DNA of 64,000 nucleotides from Pedosphaera sp. (lineage in GTDB: Bacteria > Verrucomicrobiota > Verrucomicrobiia > Limisphaerales > DSYF01), in the NCBI GenBank assembly GCA_017853715.1, contig JAFMIZ010000003.1:20611-84610 (forward strand). Direction: 5' to 3'. Position 1 is the stretch's first letter. The number at the start of each line of letters is the position of its first letter. The notes under the pieces are model-generated. The model was not told where the DNA came from. It saw only the letters and a program-made list of their open reading frames with translations, and searched no databases. Below are positions 46,674 to 55,280 of this stretch, piece after piece. The translations under genes and the position numbers were made by a program.

Positions 46674-47339
46674 ATGCGCAAGGTCTATCAGCAGGAGAGA
46701 AACCCGCTCGGCTTCGCCGTGGCGGTGTCGGCCGCAGTGGCGTTGACAGCGCTGCTGTTTGCCATCATTCCGTTCGCGCACCGACTCAACAAGCCGAGCA
46801 AGACGCTCGAACTGATCAAGACCACCACGATCGAGGCCAAGGAAGAAATCGAAGAGGAAGCACCTCCAGAAGTCGAGCCGGAGAACAAGCCGCCGGAAGC
46901 CGCTGCGGAACCTGAGCTGACTGAGACCGAGCAGGCGATTCCGCTGAGCGCTGATTTGGAAGTGGCCACCGGCACGGGCGGAGCGCTGGCAGGATTTGGT
47001 GCAGACATCAAATCGCTGACCGCCGCAACGGACGTGGCGCAGGATGCCTTTGACGTGAGCGACCTGGAGAAGCGTCCGGAGCCGACCTCGCAAGTGGTGC
47101 CCGCCTACCCGGCGGAACTGCGCAAGGCGAAGGTGGAGGGCGTGGTGACGCTCGTTTTCGTCCTGGATGAGACCGGTCGGGTGGAAGATCCGCGCGTGGA
47201 GAACTCCTCGCGTCCGGAATTTGAAAAGCCCGCGTTGGACGCCATCCGCAAATGGCGCTTCAGCCCTGGCATGAAAGACGGTCAGCCCGTGCGCACCTAC
47301 ATCCGCGTGCCGATGCGATTCCGCGTGGCAACGGGTTAA
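46674..47339 (+). CDS. tonB: Energy transducer TonB
   Basis: 221 aa. N-terminal anchor, Glu/Pro-rich spacer (EEEAPPEVEPENKPPEAAAEPE), and a TonB_C domain (PAYPAELRKAKVEGVVTLVFVLDETGRV...RFSPG). Confidence 0.88.
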   Translation: MRKVYQQERNPLGFAVAVSAAVALTALLFAIIPFAHRLNKPSKTLELIKTTTIEAKEEIEEEAPPEVEPENKPPEAAAEPELTETEQAIPLSADLEVATGTGGALAGFGADIKSLTAATDVAQDAFDVSDLEKRPEPTSQVVPAYPAELRKAKVEGVVTLVFVLDETGRVEDPRVENSSRPEFEKPALDAIRKWRFSPGMKDGQPVRTYIRVPMRFRVATG

Positions 47340-47385
47340 GCGTGTGCGACAGGCAGAATGCCCGTCCCCCTACGGAAAATTTTTT

Positions 47386-48954
47386 ATGAACCGACAATTA
47401 ATGAAAACCCTGGCCTGCGTGGCGATTCTTGCTGTTGGCGCCACCGCGGCGATTGCCGCCGATCCGAAGTTTTCCGATGTCCCCGGCATTGTTGATCCCG
47501 CCAAGAAGGCGGAGGCCACGCCTGAGACCAAGCAGCCGACCGCCCCTGCAAAAGAGAGCGCACCGAAGCCCGTTGCCAAAGCGTCTCCCGCAGCCGCACC
47601 TGTCGTCACTAATTCGCAGCCTGTCGCCGCCAGCACGGTCAACAAAGGCGCCGTCAAGGAGGGTTTGGACGCGCTGTGGAGCGATGCTGACTTCAAGAAG
47701 CGTTTGATCGGCAGCTACGGATTCGCCTCGGACGTTGAGCCGCGTTTGAATCCGGAAGAGCTGGCGACTTACCGCGACAAGGTGGTTCCGCTTTTGCGCG
47801 ACGACCCCAAGAAGGCGATGAGCGAACTCAAGTCGCTTGCCAAACCGGGTGCGAGCGCGGTGTTCGATTTCACGCTGGGCAACCTGTATTTCCAGCAGGA
47901 AGACCTGACGAACGCGGTGAAGTGTTTCGAGGCGGCCATCGCCAAGTATCCGGACTATCGCCGCGCCCACAAGAACCTTGGGTTCGCGCTCGTGCGTGAC
48001 GGCAAGCTCGCCGCCGCGATCAAGCCTTTGACGCAGACCATCGAACTTGGCGGCTCCGATGGCAAAGTGTTCGGCCTGCTCGGTTACACTTACGCGACGC
48101 TCGGTCGCAACGTCTCCGCCGAGGCAGCGTATCGGCAGGCGTTGGTGTTCGAGCCGGAGAATCTCGAATTCAAGCTCGGCCTCGTGAAGAGCGCGATTGC
48201 CACGGCGAACTACGACTACGCACTGGCGCTGCTGGATGAACTCATCAAGGAATATCCCGAGCGTGACACGTTGTGGACGTTGCAGGCGAATCTCTTCATC
48301 CAGAAAGATCAGCCCGCCAAGGCGGTCATCAGTCTCGAAATGTTGCGCCGTGCCGGCAAGGCCAGTCCCCAGACGCTTTATCTGTTGGGCGATCTTTACA
48401 TGTCCCAGGAGTCGCGCGATCTGGCGCTCGAGGCCTATCTGGCGGCGCTCGATCAGGATGGTGGTGCAAATCCCACGAAGGCCTTGCGGGCGGCGCAGAT
48501 TCTGGTCAGCCGGGGCGCTTGGACTGAGGCGGAACAGTTGTTCGCCAAAATTCACGCCGCCTCCACGCAGTTGGAAGAAAAAGATGAACTCAAGTTGTTG
48601 AAGCTCGAATCCAAGGTGGCGATGTCCACCGGCGCGGGCGAAAAGGCGATTGTGACGCTGGAACAGATTGTGCAGAAAGATCCGCTCGATGGCGAAGCGT
48701 TGCTCCTCACGGGCGACTACTATTCCAAGAATGGCCAGAAGGAGAAGGCTGAGCTGCGCTACGAAGCGGCGGCGGCGATTCAGGGATTCGAGGCGGATGC
48801 CTTCGTGAAGCACGCCCAACTGCTCGTGCAATCGCAGAAATACGTTCAGGCCACCGACCTCTTGAAGAAGGCTCAGAAAGTCAAACCGCGCGACAACGTG
48901 CAACGCTACTTGGATAAGGTGGAGCAGCTCGCCCGTAACAGCGGACGCTCGTAA
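47386..48954 (+). CDS. Periplasmic TPR-repeat protein (TtpD-like position)
   Basis: Start at ATG 47386 (MNRQLMKTLACVAILAVGATAAIA). Multiple TPR-like repeats. Follows tonB as in TonB2-type clusters. Confidence 0.82.
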   Translation: MNRQLMKTLACVAILAVGATAAIAADPKFSDVPGIVDPAKKAEATPETKQPTAPAKESAPKPVAKASPAAAPVVTNSQPVAASTVNKGAVKEGLDALWSDADFKKRLIGSYGFASDVEPRLNPEELATYRDKVVPLLRDDPKKAMSELKSLAKPGASAVFDFTLGNLYFQQEDLTNAVKCFEAAIAKYPDYRRAHKNLGFALVRDGKLAAAIKPLTQTIELGGSDGKVFGLLGYTYATLGRNVSAEAAYRQALVFEPENLEFKLGLVKSAIATANYDYALALLDELIKEYPERDTLWTLQANLFIQKDQPAKAVISLEMLRRAGKASPQTLYLLGDLYMSQESRDLALEAYLAALDQDGGANPTKALRAAQILVSRGAWTEAEQLFAKIHAASTQLEEKDELKLLKLESKVAMSTGAGEKAIVTLEQIVQKDPLDGEALLLTGDYYSKNGQKEKAELRYEAAAAIQGFEADAFVKHAQLLVQSQKYVQATDLLKKAQKVKPRDNVQRYLDKVEQLARNSGRS

Positions 48955-48972
48955 TCAATCGCTCCACGCTTC

Positions 48973-51798
48973 ATGGAATTTATCTCCATTCCCGCACGTG
49001 TATCGCGATGGCTCGTCGCGACTGGCTGCCTGCTGTCGTGCCTGCTCGTGCCTGCGGCCCAGGCGCAGGACAACGGTGCCGTGGCGGGTGTGGTGATCAG
49101 CACGTGGGACGGCACGCCTTTGTCCGGCGCAACCATCACCGTGCGCGGGACCACACTGGCAGCGCAGACCGGCGCGAATGGCCAGTTCGAATTGAAGAAC
49201 GTTCCGCCGGGCGATCAAGTGTTGCGCTTCTCCAAGTCCGGTTTTGCTGCGGCCACGGTGACGGATGTGCGGGTGTTGCCTGGTCAAACCACGACGGTGA
49301 ACGGCAACCTGCGCCCCGAATTCTACGAGATGGAGGAATACGAGGTGACGGCGGAGGAGTTTCAGGAGCAGACGGAGGCGATCATTTTTGAACGGCAACA
49401 ATCTGCCGGCATGCTTGACGGCATCGGCTCGGAGCAGTTCGCCAAGCTCGGTGCGGGTGACGCAGCGGAGGCATTGGGCAAAGTTGCCGGGGCCAGCATT
49501 TCCGATGGCAAGTTCGCGGTCATCCGTGGCTTGGCAGATCGTTACACCACCACCACGCTCAACGGCAACGAGCTGCCCAGCGCTGATCCGGATCGTAAGG
49601 CGGCGCAACTGGACCTTTTACCGGCGCAGTTCATCGAGCGCATGGACGTCAGCAAAACCTTCAGTCCGGACATGGCCGGTGGATTCGCGGGAGGTTCCAT
49701 TGATATCATCACGAAGAGTTACCCGAAGGACGGCATGTTCAGCTTCAGTGTTGGAACTTCCTACAATACGCAGGCCAGCTTGAACGACGAGTTCCCGATG
49801 ACGGATCGTGGCGGCACCGACTGGTTGGCGATGGACGACGGCACGCGCGAATTGCCCGCCGTGGCAGTCGCGTCATCACCAGCGGGCTCGGGTGGTCCGG
49901 TGCAGAATGAAACAGCCGTGCAGAACAGTTTCAATTCCACGCAACTCTCGCCGATTGCAGACAAGTCGCCCTTGAACTCCAGCCTGTCGCTCGCGTTCGG
50001 GGACAGCAAACAGATGGGCGACGTCAAGGTGGGTTTCATCGGCTCGCTGTCCTACAAGAATGATTACACCTATTACGACAAGGTGACCGTGCGCGAGTAT
50101 GAGGGCCCGCAGAATGTGGTGAAGGACAAGGTCGGCAAGGTCGGAAAGATCGAGTATAACTGGGGCGCTTCTGGTGGTCTGACGCTCGGTCTGGGCGAGC
50201 ACCACGAAGTGAAGTTCAATTACCTCAACGTTCAGGCGGCCGAAGATGAGGCGGCGCGTTTTCAGGGGCAGGATTTGAACGTGGGCACCGAGCCCGGCGA
50301 GACTTACCTCGACCAGTCGGTGCTGCATTGGACCGAGCGCAATCTATCGTATTACCAGCTCGTGGGCTCGCATGACTTGCCTGACTTGAATGACCTGAAA
50401 TTCGACTGGGCGAGTGCTTACTCGATCGCAACTCAGGAGGAGCCGGACTATCGCATCTTTCAATTCGTCGCCAACACCAACAACTCGGTGTATCTGCCCC
50501 AAGCGGCGACGGATCCTGCGTTTCCTACCCGTTATTGGCGAGATTTGGAGGAGAACAATATCAATCTACGTGGCGACTTCACCGTGCCACTGCCGTCCTA
50601 TAATTCGGGTGACAATGCCTTCAAGACGGGGGTGGCCTTGAGCGATTCCTCGCGCGAGTTTTTCCAGCGTGGTTGGGAAATGCGCTACACCAGTCTGGGG
50701 CATCCCTTCATCCGGAATGGCGATCCACAAAGCTATCTGGACCCGACCAATGCGGCGTTCATCGAATATCGGAATTTTCCCGCGAACATCACCTATGACG
50801 GCGCGCAAACCATCGAAGCGGTCTATGCGATGGGTGATTGGTCGGCGCTCGAATGGCTGCGAGTGGTCGGTGGTGCGCGTCTGGAGAAGACGGACCTCTC
50901 CATCGAGGGCGTGAATCAAACCTTGAACGATCGTCCGCTGCCGTCTGGGGAGATCAAGCGCGACGACTGGCTGCCCTCCTTGAGCGGAACGATCTCTTTG
51001 CGTGAGAATCTGCAATTACGCGCGGCATGGTCCCAAACCGTGGTGCGCCCCGCCTATCGCGAGATTGCGCCCGTGATCATCTACGACATCGCCCAAGGCC
51101 GCACCATCAGTGGCAATCCGGACCTGACCTTCGCCGAGAGCGCCAATTACGACCTGCGGCTCGAATGGTTTCCTCGCGCGGGCGAATTGGTGTCCGCGTC
51201 CTTGTTCTACAAGCAGGTGGACAGCCCCATTGAACTCTCGGCTGAAGACTTCTCCGGCGACTCGCTGACTTATCGCAACTTCGACAAGGCCGATGTCATG
51301 GGGGTGGAGGCGGAATATCGCTCGCGCCTTGACCGCTTCTGGGAGCCGCTTAGTCCCTTCACGCTCGGATTCAACGCCGCCTACATTTACTCCGAGGTTC
51401 CACTCACGCCGGACCAAATTACCATCCGGCAGGGAGCCTTTGGCAGCACGGACACTACGCGTCCGCTCTACGAACAGCCTGAATACGTGGCCAATGCCGA
51501 CCTAACTTGGGAGCTTGAAGCCACGCGCACGTCCATCACTCTTTCCGGCGGCATCGTGGGTCCGCGACTCGTGGTGGTGGGGTTGGCCCAGCCCGACGAA
51601 TACGAGCAGCCCGCGCCGCAGCTGGATTTGTTCATCAGTCAGAAGCTCGGCAAGCATTGGAAGCTGAAGTTCTCCGCCAAGAACCTCCTCGACCCTGAAT
51701 ACGAGACTATCCAGACCTATCCCAATGGTGATGAAGTCACCATCGAAAGTTACAAGAGGGGGATGACCTTCGGGCTCTCGCTGGGTTGCGAGTTTTGA
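48973..51798 (+). CDS. TonB-dependent receptor with an N-terminal carboxypeptidase-regulatory-like domain
   Basis: 941 aa. Signal peptide, CarboxypepD_reg-like segment (GVVISTWDGTPLSGATITVRGT...NGQFELKNVPPG), plug (FAVIRGLADRYTTTTLNGNELPS), and a barrel ending in GLSLGCEF. Confidence 0.9.
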   Translation: MEFISIPARVSRWLVATGCLLSCLLVPAAQAQDNGAVAGVVISTWDGTPLSGATITVRGTTLAAQTGANGQFELKNVPPGDQVLRFSKSGFAAATVTDVRVLPGQTTTVNGNLRPEFYEMEEYEVTAEEFQEQTEAIIFERQQSAGMLDGIGSEQFAKLGAGDAAEALGKVAGASISDGKFAVIRGLADRYTTTTLNGNELPSADPDRKAAQLDLLPAQFIERMDVSKTFSPDMAGGFAGGSIDIITKSYPKDGMFSFSVGTSYNTQASLNDEFPMTDRGGTDWLAMDDGTRELPAVAVASSPAGSGGPVQNETAVQNSFNSTQLSPIADKSPLNSSLSLAFGDSKQMGDVKVGFIGSLSYKNDYTYYDKVTVREYEGPQNVVKDKVGKVGKIEYNWGASGGLTLGLGEHHEVKFNYLNVQAAEDEAARFQGQDLNVGTEPGETYLDQSVLHWTERNLSYYQLVGSHDLPDLNDLKFDWASAYSIATQEEPDYRIFQFVANTNNSVYLPQAATDPAFPTRYWRDLEENNINLRGDFTVPLPSYNSGDNAFKTGVALSDSSREFFQRGWEMRYTSLGHPFIRNGDPQSYLDPTNAAFIEYRNFPANITYDGAQTIEAVYAMGDWSALEWLRVVGGARLEKTDLSIEGVNQTLNDRPLPSGEIKRDDWLPSLSGTISLRENLQLRAAWSQTVVRPAYREIAPVIIYDIAQGRTISGNPDLTFAESANYDLRLEWFPRAGELVSASLFYKQVDSPIELSAEDFSGDSLTYRNFDKADVMGVEAEYRSRLDRFWEPLSPFTLGFNAAYIYSEVPLTPDQITIRQGAFGSTDTTRPLYEQPEYVANADLTWELEATRTSITLSGGIVGPRLVVVGLAQPDEYEQPAPQLDLFISQKLGKHWKLKFSAKNLLDPEYETIQTYPNGDEVTIESYKRGMTFGLSLGCEF

Positions 51799-52110
51799 GT
51801 TTGCAGCCTCAGCCAAACGCGCTGGATGGCGTCTCTTATCCCAAGAGCAGACGATTGCCGTTGCTGGGAGTTCCGGCTCTAGCCGTAACTATGCGGCCAC
51901 GCGGCGACGCCCCGTCGCAGCTATTTAGCAGAAAGCCAACTGTATCGTTACAGCTGTCGCCGGTTCCTTAAGCCACACCCCGCCTTCGCCGGACCGGCTA
52001 AAGCCGGGACTCCAAGCAATAGTTCATGGTGCAGGAGAGCCACACGCGACCGCCAGCTTCCCGATGGCCCTAATCACTCCGTCGCCTGTTTGCTTTGTGC
52101 CCTTCGTTCC

Positions 52111-52132
52111 CTGTTTCCGAATCGTAACCCCG
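52111..52132 (+). promoter_or_regulatory. Pho-box-like motif CTGTTTCCGAA TCGTAACCCCG
   Basis: 111 bp upstream of ATG 52243. The 19-nt core (52110-52128) is identical to 42893-42911. Confidence 0.4.
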
Positions 52133-52242
52133 CCGACTTCGTTCCTTCACATCAGCCCTCCATTGTTCCAACGGATTTCCTGATCCGTCCCAGCGGGCCA
52201 GGTTCCTCAATCCCTAAACAGACAAAGCAACTCAACAAGCAA

Positions 52243-55197
52243 ATGAAGAAACTTAAGAACCTCCTCGGCTCACTCGCCATCGCGGGCCTCCTCGGCTCGA
52301 CGACGGCTCAGGGTGCCTTGGTGATCGTCACTAACGACATCGCCGCTGGCACCACCAATACGTGGGTATCCACAAACGAATACCTGCTGAACACGATGGT
52401 GTATGTGCAAAGCAACGCGGTATTGAACATTGAACCCGGCACGGTGGTGAAAGGCGGGACGAACGCGGCGAACCTGATTGCGCGTAATGGGTTGCAGAAC
52501 CTAGTGGCGGGCTTGTGGGTGACACGAGGCGGCAAGCTGTATGCGACGGGCACGGTGAGCGCGCCGATCATCTTCACGATGGAAGGTGACGACGTGAACA
52601 ACCCGAGCGATGTGCCGCCGACCACGACGGGCAAGTGGGGTGGGATCGTGATGATGGGCCGTGCGAGCATCAACAGCGCGCAGTTTGCGGCGGGTCAGGC
52701 GGCGAGTCCGAAGTATGACGTGTATGAAGGCGTGGCGACGGTGCCGTCGCCGCAGACCGAACACATCTTTGGCGGTAATGATGACAGCGACAGCAGCGGT
52801 GCGTTGCGGTATGTGAGCATCCGGCACACGGGCAACACGTTTGCGCCGGGCAAGGAGCTGAACGGGTTGACGATGGGCGGAGTGGGCAGCGGGACGGACA
52901 TCTCGTATGTGGAAGTGCTGGCCAGCTCGGACGACGGGTTCGAGTGGTGGGGCGGCACGGTGAGCACGCACCATCTGATCGGCGCGTTCAACGAAGACGA
53001 CGACTTCGACACGGATCAGGGCTATCGCGGGACGAATCAGTTTTGGTTTGCGATCAAGCCGCCGTGGGCTGGGAGCAGCGACAGCCGCGCGATGGAGACG
53101 GACGGTGACCTGAACCAGACGGTGCTGGGCGATGCGACACCGTTCAGCCAGTGGACGGTTTACAACGCGACGTTGATTGGCCGCGGCAAGGGCGACATCC
53201 TGGACCTGGGTGGTAATCAGGGCTGGAACGCGCGTGATGAGGCGGCGCCGAACGTCTTCAACTCGGTGTTTGCGGAGTTCAACAACGGGTTGTTGCTGGA
53301 CGGGGATGGGCTGTATCACTGGACGAACACGACGGTGCGGGCGAGCACGAAGAACTGTGTGTGGGACAATGTGAATGCGGGGAATGCGAATGGCTTGTCG
53401 TTCATCACTAATGCGGCCAACAACCACTTCGTCGGGGCAGCTCTCCTCGGCGGTATCAGCTATACCAATACGTCAAAGCTCAACCCTCGTCCGCTTTCGA
53501 CCAGCCCGGCCTTAACGCAGCCTGCGTTGGCGGGCGCCCCGGTGACGGCTCCTTATCGTGGAGCATTCTCTGGCATCAACGACGACTGGGCGGACGACTG
53601 GAGCGCAGTTTCAACTGAGGGTTATTTGGCGGCGTCGGGCAGCAAACCCACGATCGTCATCACCAATGACATTGCCGCAGGCACGACCAACACCTGGTCC
53701 GGCAGCGCTGAATATCTGCTCAACACGATGGTGTATGTGCAAAGCAACGCGGTATTGAACATTGAACCCGGCACGGTGGTGAAAGGCGGGACGAACGCGG
53801 CGAACCTGATTGCGCGTAATGGGTTGCAGAACCTAGTGGCGGGCTTGTGGGTGACACGAGGCGGCAAGCTGTATGCGACGGGCACGGTGAGCGCGCCGAT
53901 CATCTTCACGATGGAAGGTGACGACGTGAACAACCCGAGCGATGTGCCGCCGACCACGACGGGCAAGTGGGGTGGGATCGTGATGATGGGCCGTGCGAGC
54001 ATCAACAGCGCGCAGTTTGCGGCGGGTCAGGCGGCGAGTCCGAAGTATGACGTGTATGAAGGCGTGGCGACGGTGCCGTCGCCGCAGACCGAACACATCT
54101 TTGGCGGTAATGATGACAGCGACAGCAGCGGTGCGTTGCGGTATGTGAGCATCCGGCACACGGGCAACACGTTTGCGCCGGGCAAGGAGCTGAACGGGTT
54201 GACGATGGGCGGAGTGGGCAGCGGGACGGACATCTCGTATGTGGAAGTGCTGGCCAGCTCGGACGACGGGTTCGAGTGGTGGGGCGGCACGGTGAGCACG
54301 CACCATCTGATCGGCGCGTTCAACGAAGACGACGACTTCGACACGGATCAGGGCTATCGCGGGACGAATCAGTTTTGGTTTGCGATCAAGCCGCCGTGGG
54401 CTGGGAGCAGCGACAGCCGCGCGATGGAGACGGACGGTGACCTGAACCAGACGGTGCTGGGCGATGCGACACCGTTCAGCCAGTGGACGGTTTACAACGC
54501 GACGTTGATTGGCCGCGGCAAGGGCGACATCCTGGACCTGGGTGGTAATCAGGGCTGGAACGCGCGTGATGAGGCGGCGCCGAACGTCTTCAACTCGGTG
54601 TTTGCGGAGTTCAACAACGGGTTGTTGCTGGACGGGGATGGGCTGTATCACTGGACGAACACGACGGTGCGGGCGAGCACGAAGAACTGTGTGTGGGACA
54701 ATGTGAATGCGGGGAATGCGAATGGCTTGTCGTTCATCACTAATGCGGCCAACAACCACTTCGTCGGGGCAGCGTTGCTGACCAGCATCAGTTACACGAA
54801 CACGATGGCGCTGGATCCGCGCCCGCAGGCGGGCAGTCCGGCGTTGACGGATGCGCTACCGGGCGCGCCGGTGGCCACCACCTACCGTGGTGCCTTCGGC
54901 CCTAACGACAATTGGGCGAGTGGCTGGACTGCACTTGCCACCGAAGGCTTTCTCAGCACGAACACCGTGATAGTGCCCCCGACGGCTCCGACCATCACCT
55001 CGGTGGCGGGCAGTGGCACGTTGTCGTTCTCGGTGAGTTCACAGAACGGTTACAGCTACATCCTACAAGCCACGCCGGTGTTGAGTCCCCCGGCTTGGAC
55101 CAACAAGGAAACTCTGCCGGGTAACGGTGGGACGTTGAACTTCGCGCCGGTCGTCACGACCAATGCGATGGAATACTTCCGTATCCTCGCCCAGTGA
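52243..55197 (+). CDS. Large secreted protein with two tandem ~444-aa units (beta-helix-like, unknown function) and a C-terminal beta-sandwich tail
   Basis: Start at ATG 52243 (MKKLKNLLGSLAIAGLLGSTTAQG). Each unit begins IVTNDIAAGTTNTW...YLLNTMVYVQSNAVLNIEPGTVVKGG and contains SSDDGFEWWGGTV and DDDFDTDQGYRG. The tail ends EYFRILAQ. Confidence 0.85.
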   Translation: MKKLKNLLGSLAIAGLLGSTTAQGALVIVTNDIAAGTTNTWVSTNEYLLNTMVYVQSNAVLNIEPGTVVKGGTNAANLIARNGLQNLVAGLWVTRGGKLYATGTVSAPIIFTMEGDDVNNPSDVPPTTTGKWGGIVMMGRASINSAQFAAGQAASPKYDVYEGVATVPSPQTEHIFGGNDDSDSSGALRYVSIRHTGNTFAPGKELNGLTMGGVGSGTDISYVEVLASSDDGFEWWGGTVSTHHLIGAFNEDDDFDTDQGYRGTNQFWFAIKPPWAGSSDSRAMETDGDLNQTVLGDATPFSQWTVYNATLIGRGKGDILDLGGNQGWNARDEAAPNVFNSVFAEFNNGLLLDGDGLYHWTNTTVRASTKNCVWDNVNAGNANGLSFITNAANNHFVGAALLGGISYTNTSKLNPRPLSTSPALTQPALAGAPVTAPYRGAFSGINDDWADDWSAVSTEGYLAASGSKPTIVITNDIAAGTTNTWSGSAEYLLNTMVYVQSNAVLNIEPGTVVKGGTNAANLIARNGLQNLVAGLWVTRGGKLYATGTVSAPIIFTMEGDDVNNPSDVPPTTTGKWGGIVMMGRASINSAQFAAGQAASPKYDVYEGVATVPSPQTEHIFGGNDDSDSSGALRYVSIRHTGNTFAPGKELNGLTMGGVGSGTDISYVEVLASSDDGFEWWGGTVSTHHLIGAFNEDDDFDTDQGYRGTNQFWFAIKPPWAGSSDSRAMETDGDLNQTVLGDATPFSQWTVYNATLIGRGKGDILDLGGNQGWNARDEAAPNVFNSVFAEFNNGLLLDGDGLYHWTNTTVRASTKNCVWDNVNAGNANGLSFITNAANNHFVGAALLTSISYTNTMALDPRPQAGSPALTDALPGAPVATTYRGAFGPNDNWASGWTALATEGFLSTNTVIVPPTAPTITSVAGSGTLSFSVSSQNGYSYILQATPVLSPPAWTNKETLPGNGGTLNFAPVVTTNAMEYFRILAQ
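52390..53441 (+). repeat. Copy 1 of the 1,052-bp identical core of the 1,332-bp tandem duplication
   Basis: Matches 53722-54773 at an offset of exactly 1,332 bp. Derived ORFs in both strands are identical in the track (52501-53427 = 53833-54759; 52695-53012 = 54027-54344; 53177-53374 = 54509-54706). Confidence 0.9.
53722..54773 (+). repeat. Copy 2 of the 1,052-bp identical core of the 1,332-bp tandem duplication
   Basis: See copy 1. Flanks of the units (52321-52389 versus 53650-53721, and 53442-53640 versus 54774-54960) are clearly diverged. Confidence 0.9.
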
Positions 55198-55221
55198 CCT
55201 GAAGCTGAACTTGAATCATGG

Positions 55222-55245
55222 GAGGGCTTGCGCAAGCAAGCCCTC
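55222..55245. terminator. Bidirectional stem-loop between convergent genes
   Basis: GAGGGCTTGC-gcaa-GCAAGCCCTC, a perfect 10-bp stem. The T-tract is weak. Confidence 0.55.
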
Positions 55246-55280
55246 TCGCGTTTGTCAGCACGGAGGACGGACTATTGAAG

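Noticed and set aside
47398-48903. 501-aa ORF antisense to the TPR gene
   Set aside because: A GC-rich shadow ORF. The plus-strand product has a signal peptide and clear TPR periodicity.
51799-52242. Riboswitch, sRNA or small gene in the 444-bp gap upstream of the secreted-protein gene
   Set aside because: I could find only short hairpins, a single GGCTAAAGCCGGGACTCCAA repeat-like segment and the 19-nt shared motif. There is no recognisable riboswitch core and no convincing ORF, so it is left unassigned.
52501-54759. Two identical 308-aa minus-strand ORFs (52501-53427, 53833-54759) and other duplicated small ORFs
   Set aside because: These are by-products of the tandem duplication inside the plus-strand secreted-protein gene. 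They are Arg/His-rich shadow frames. I used them only as evidence that the two DNA copies are identical.
52321-54960. Whether the large direct repeat could be a CRISPR array or an insertion sequence
   Set aside because: There are only two units of 1,332 bp, in frame within one ORF, with no short spacer-repeat periodicity, no terminal inverted repeats and no transposase.
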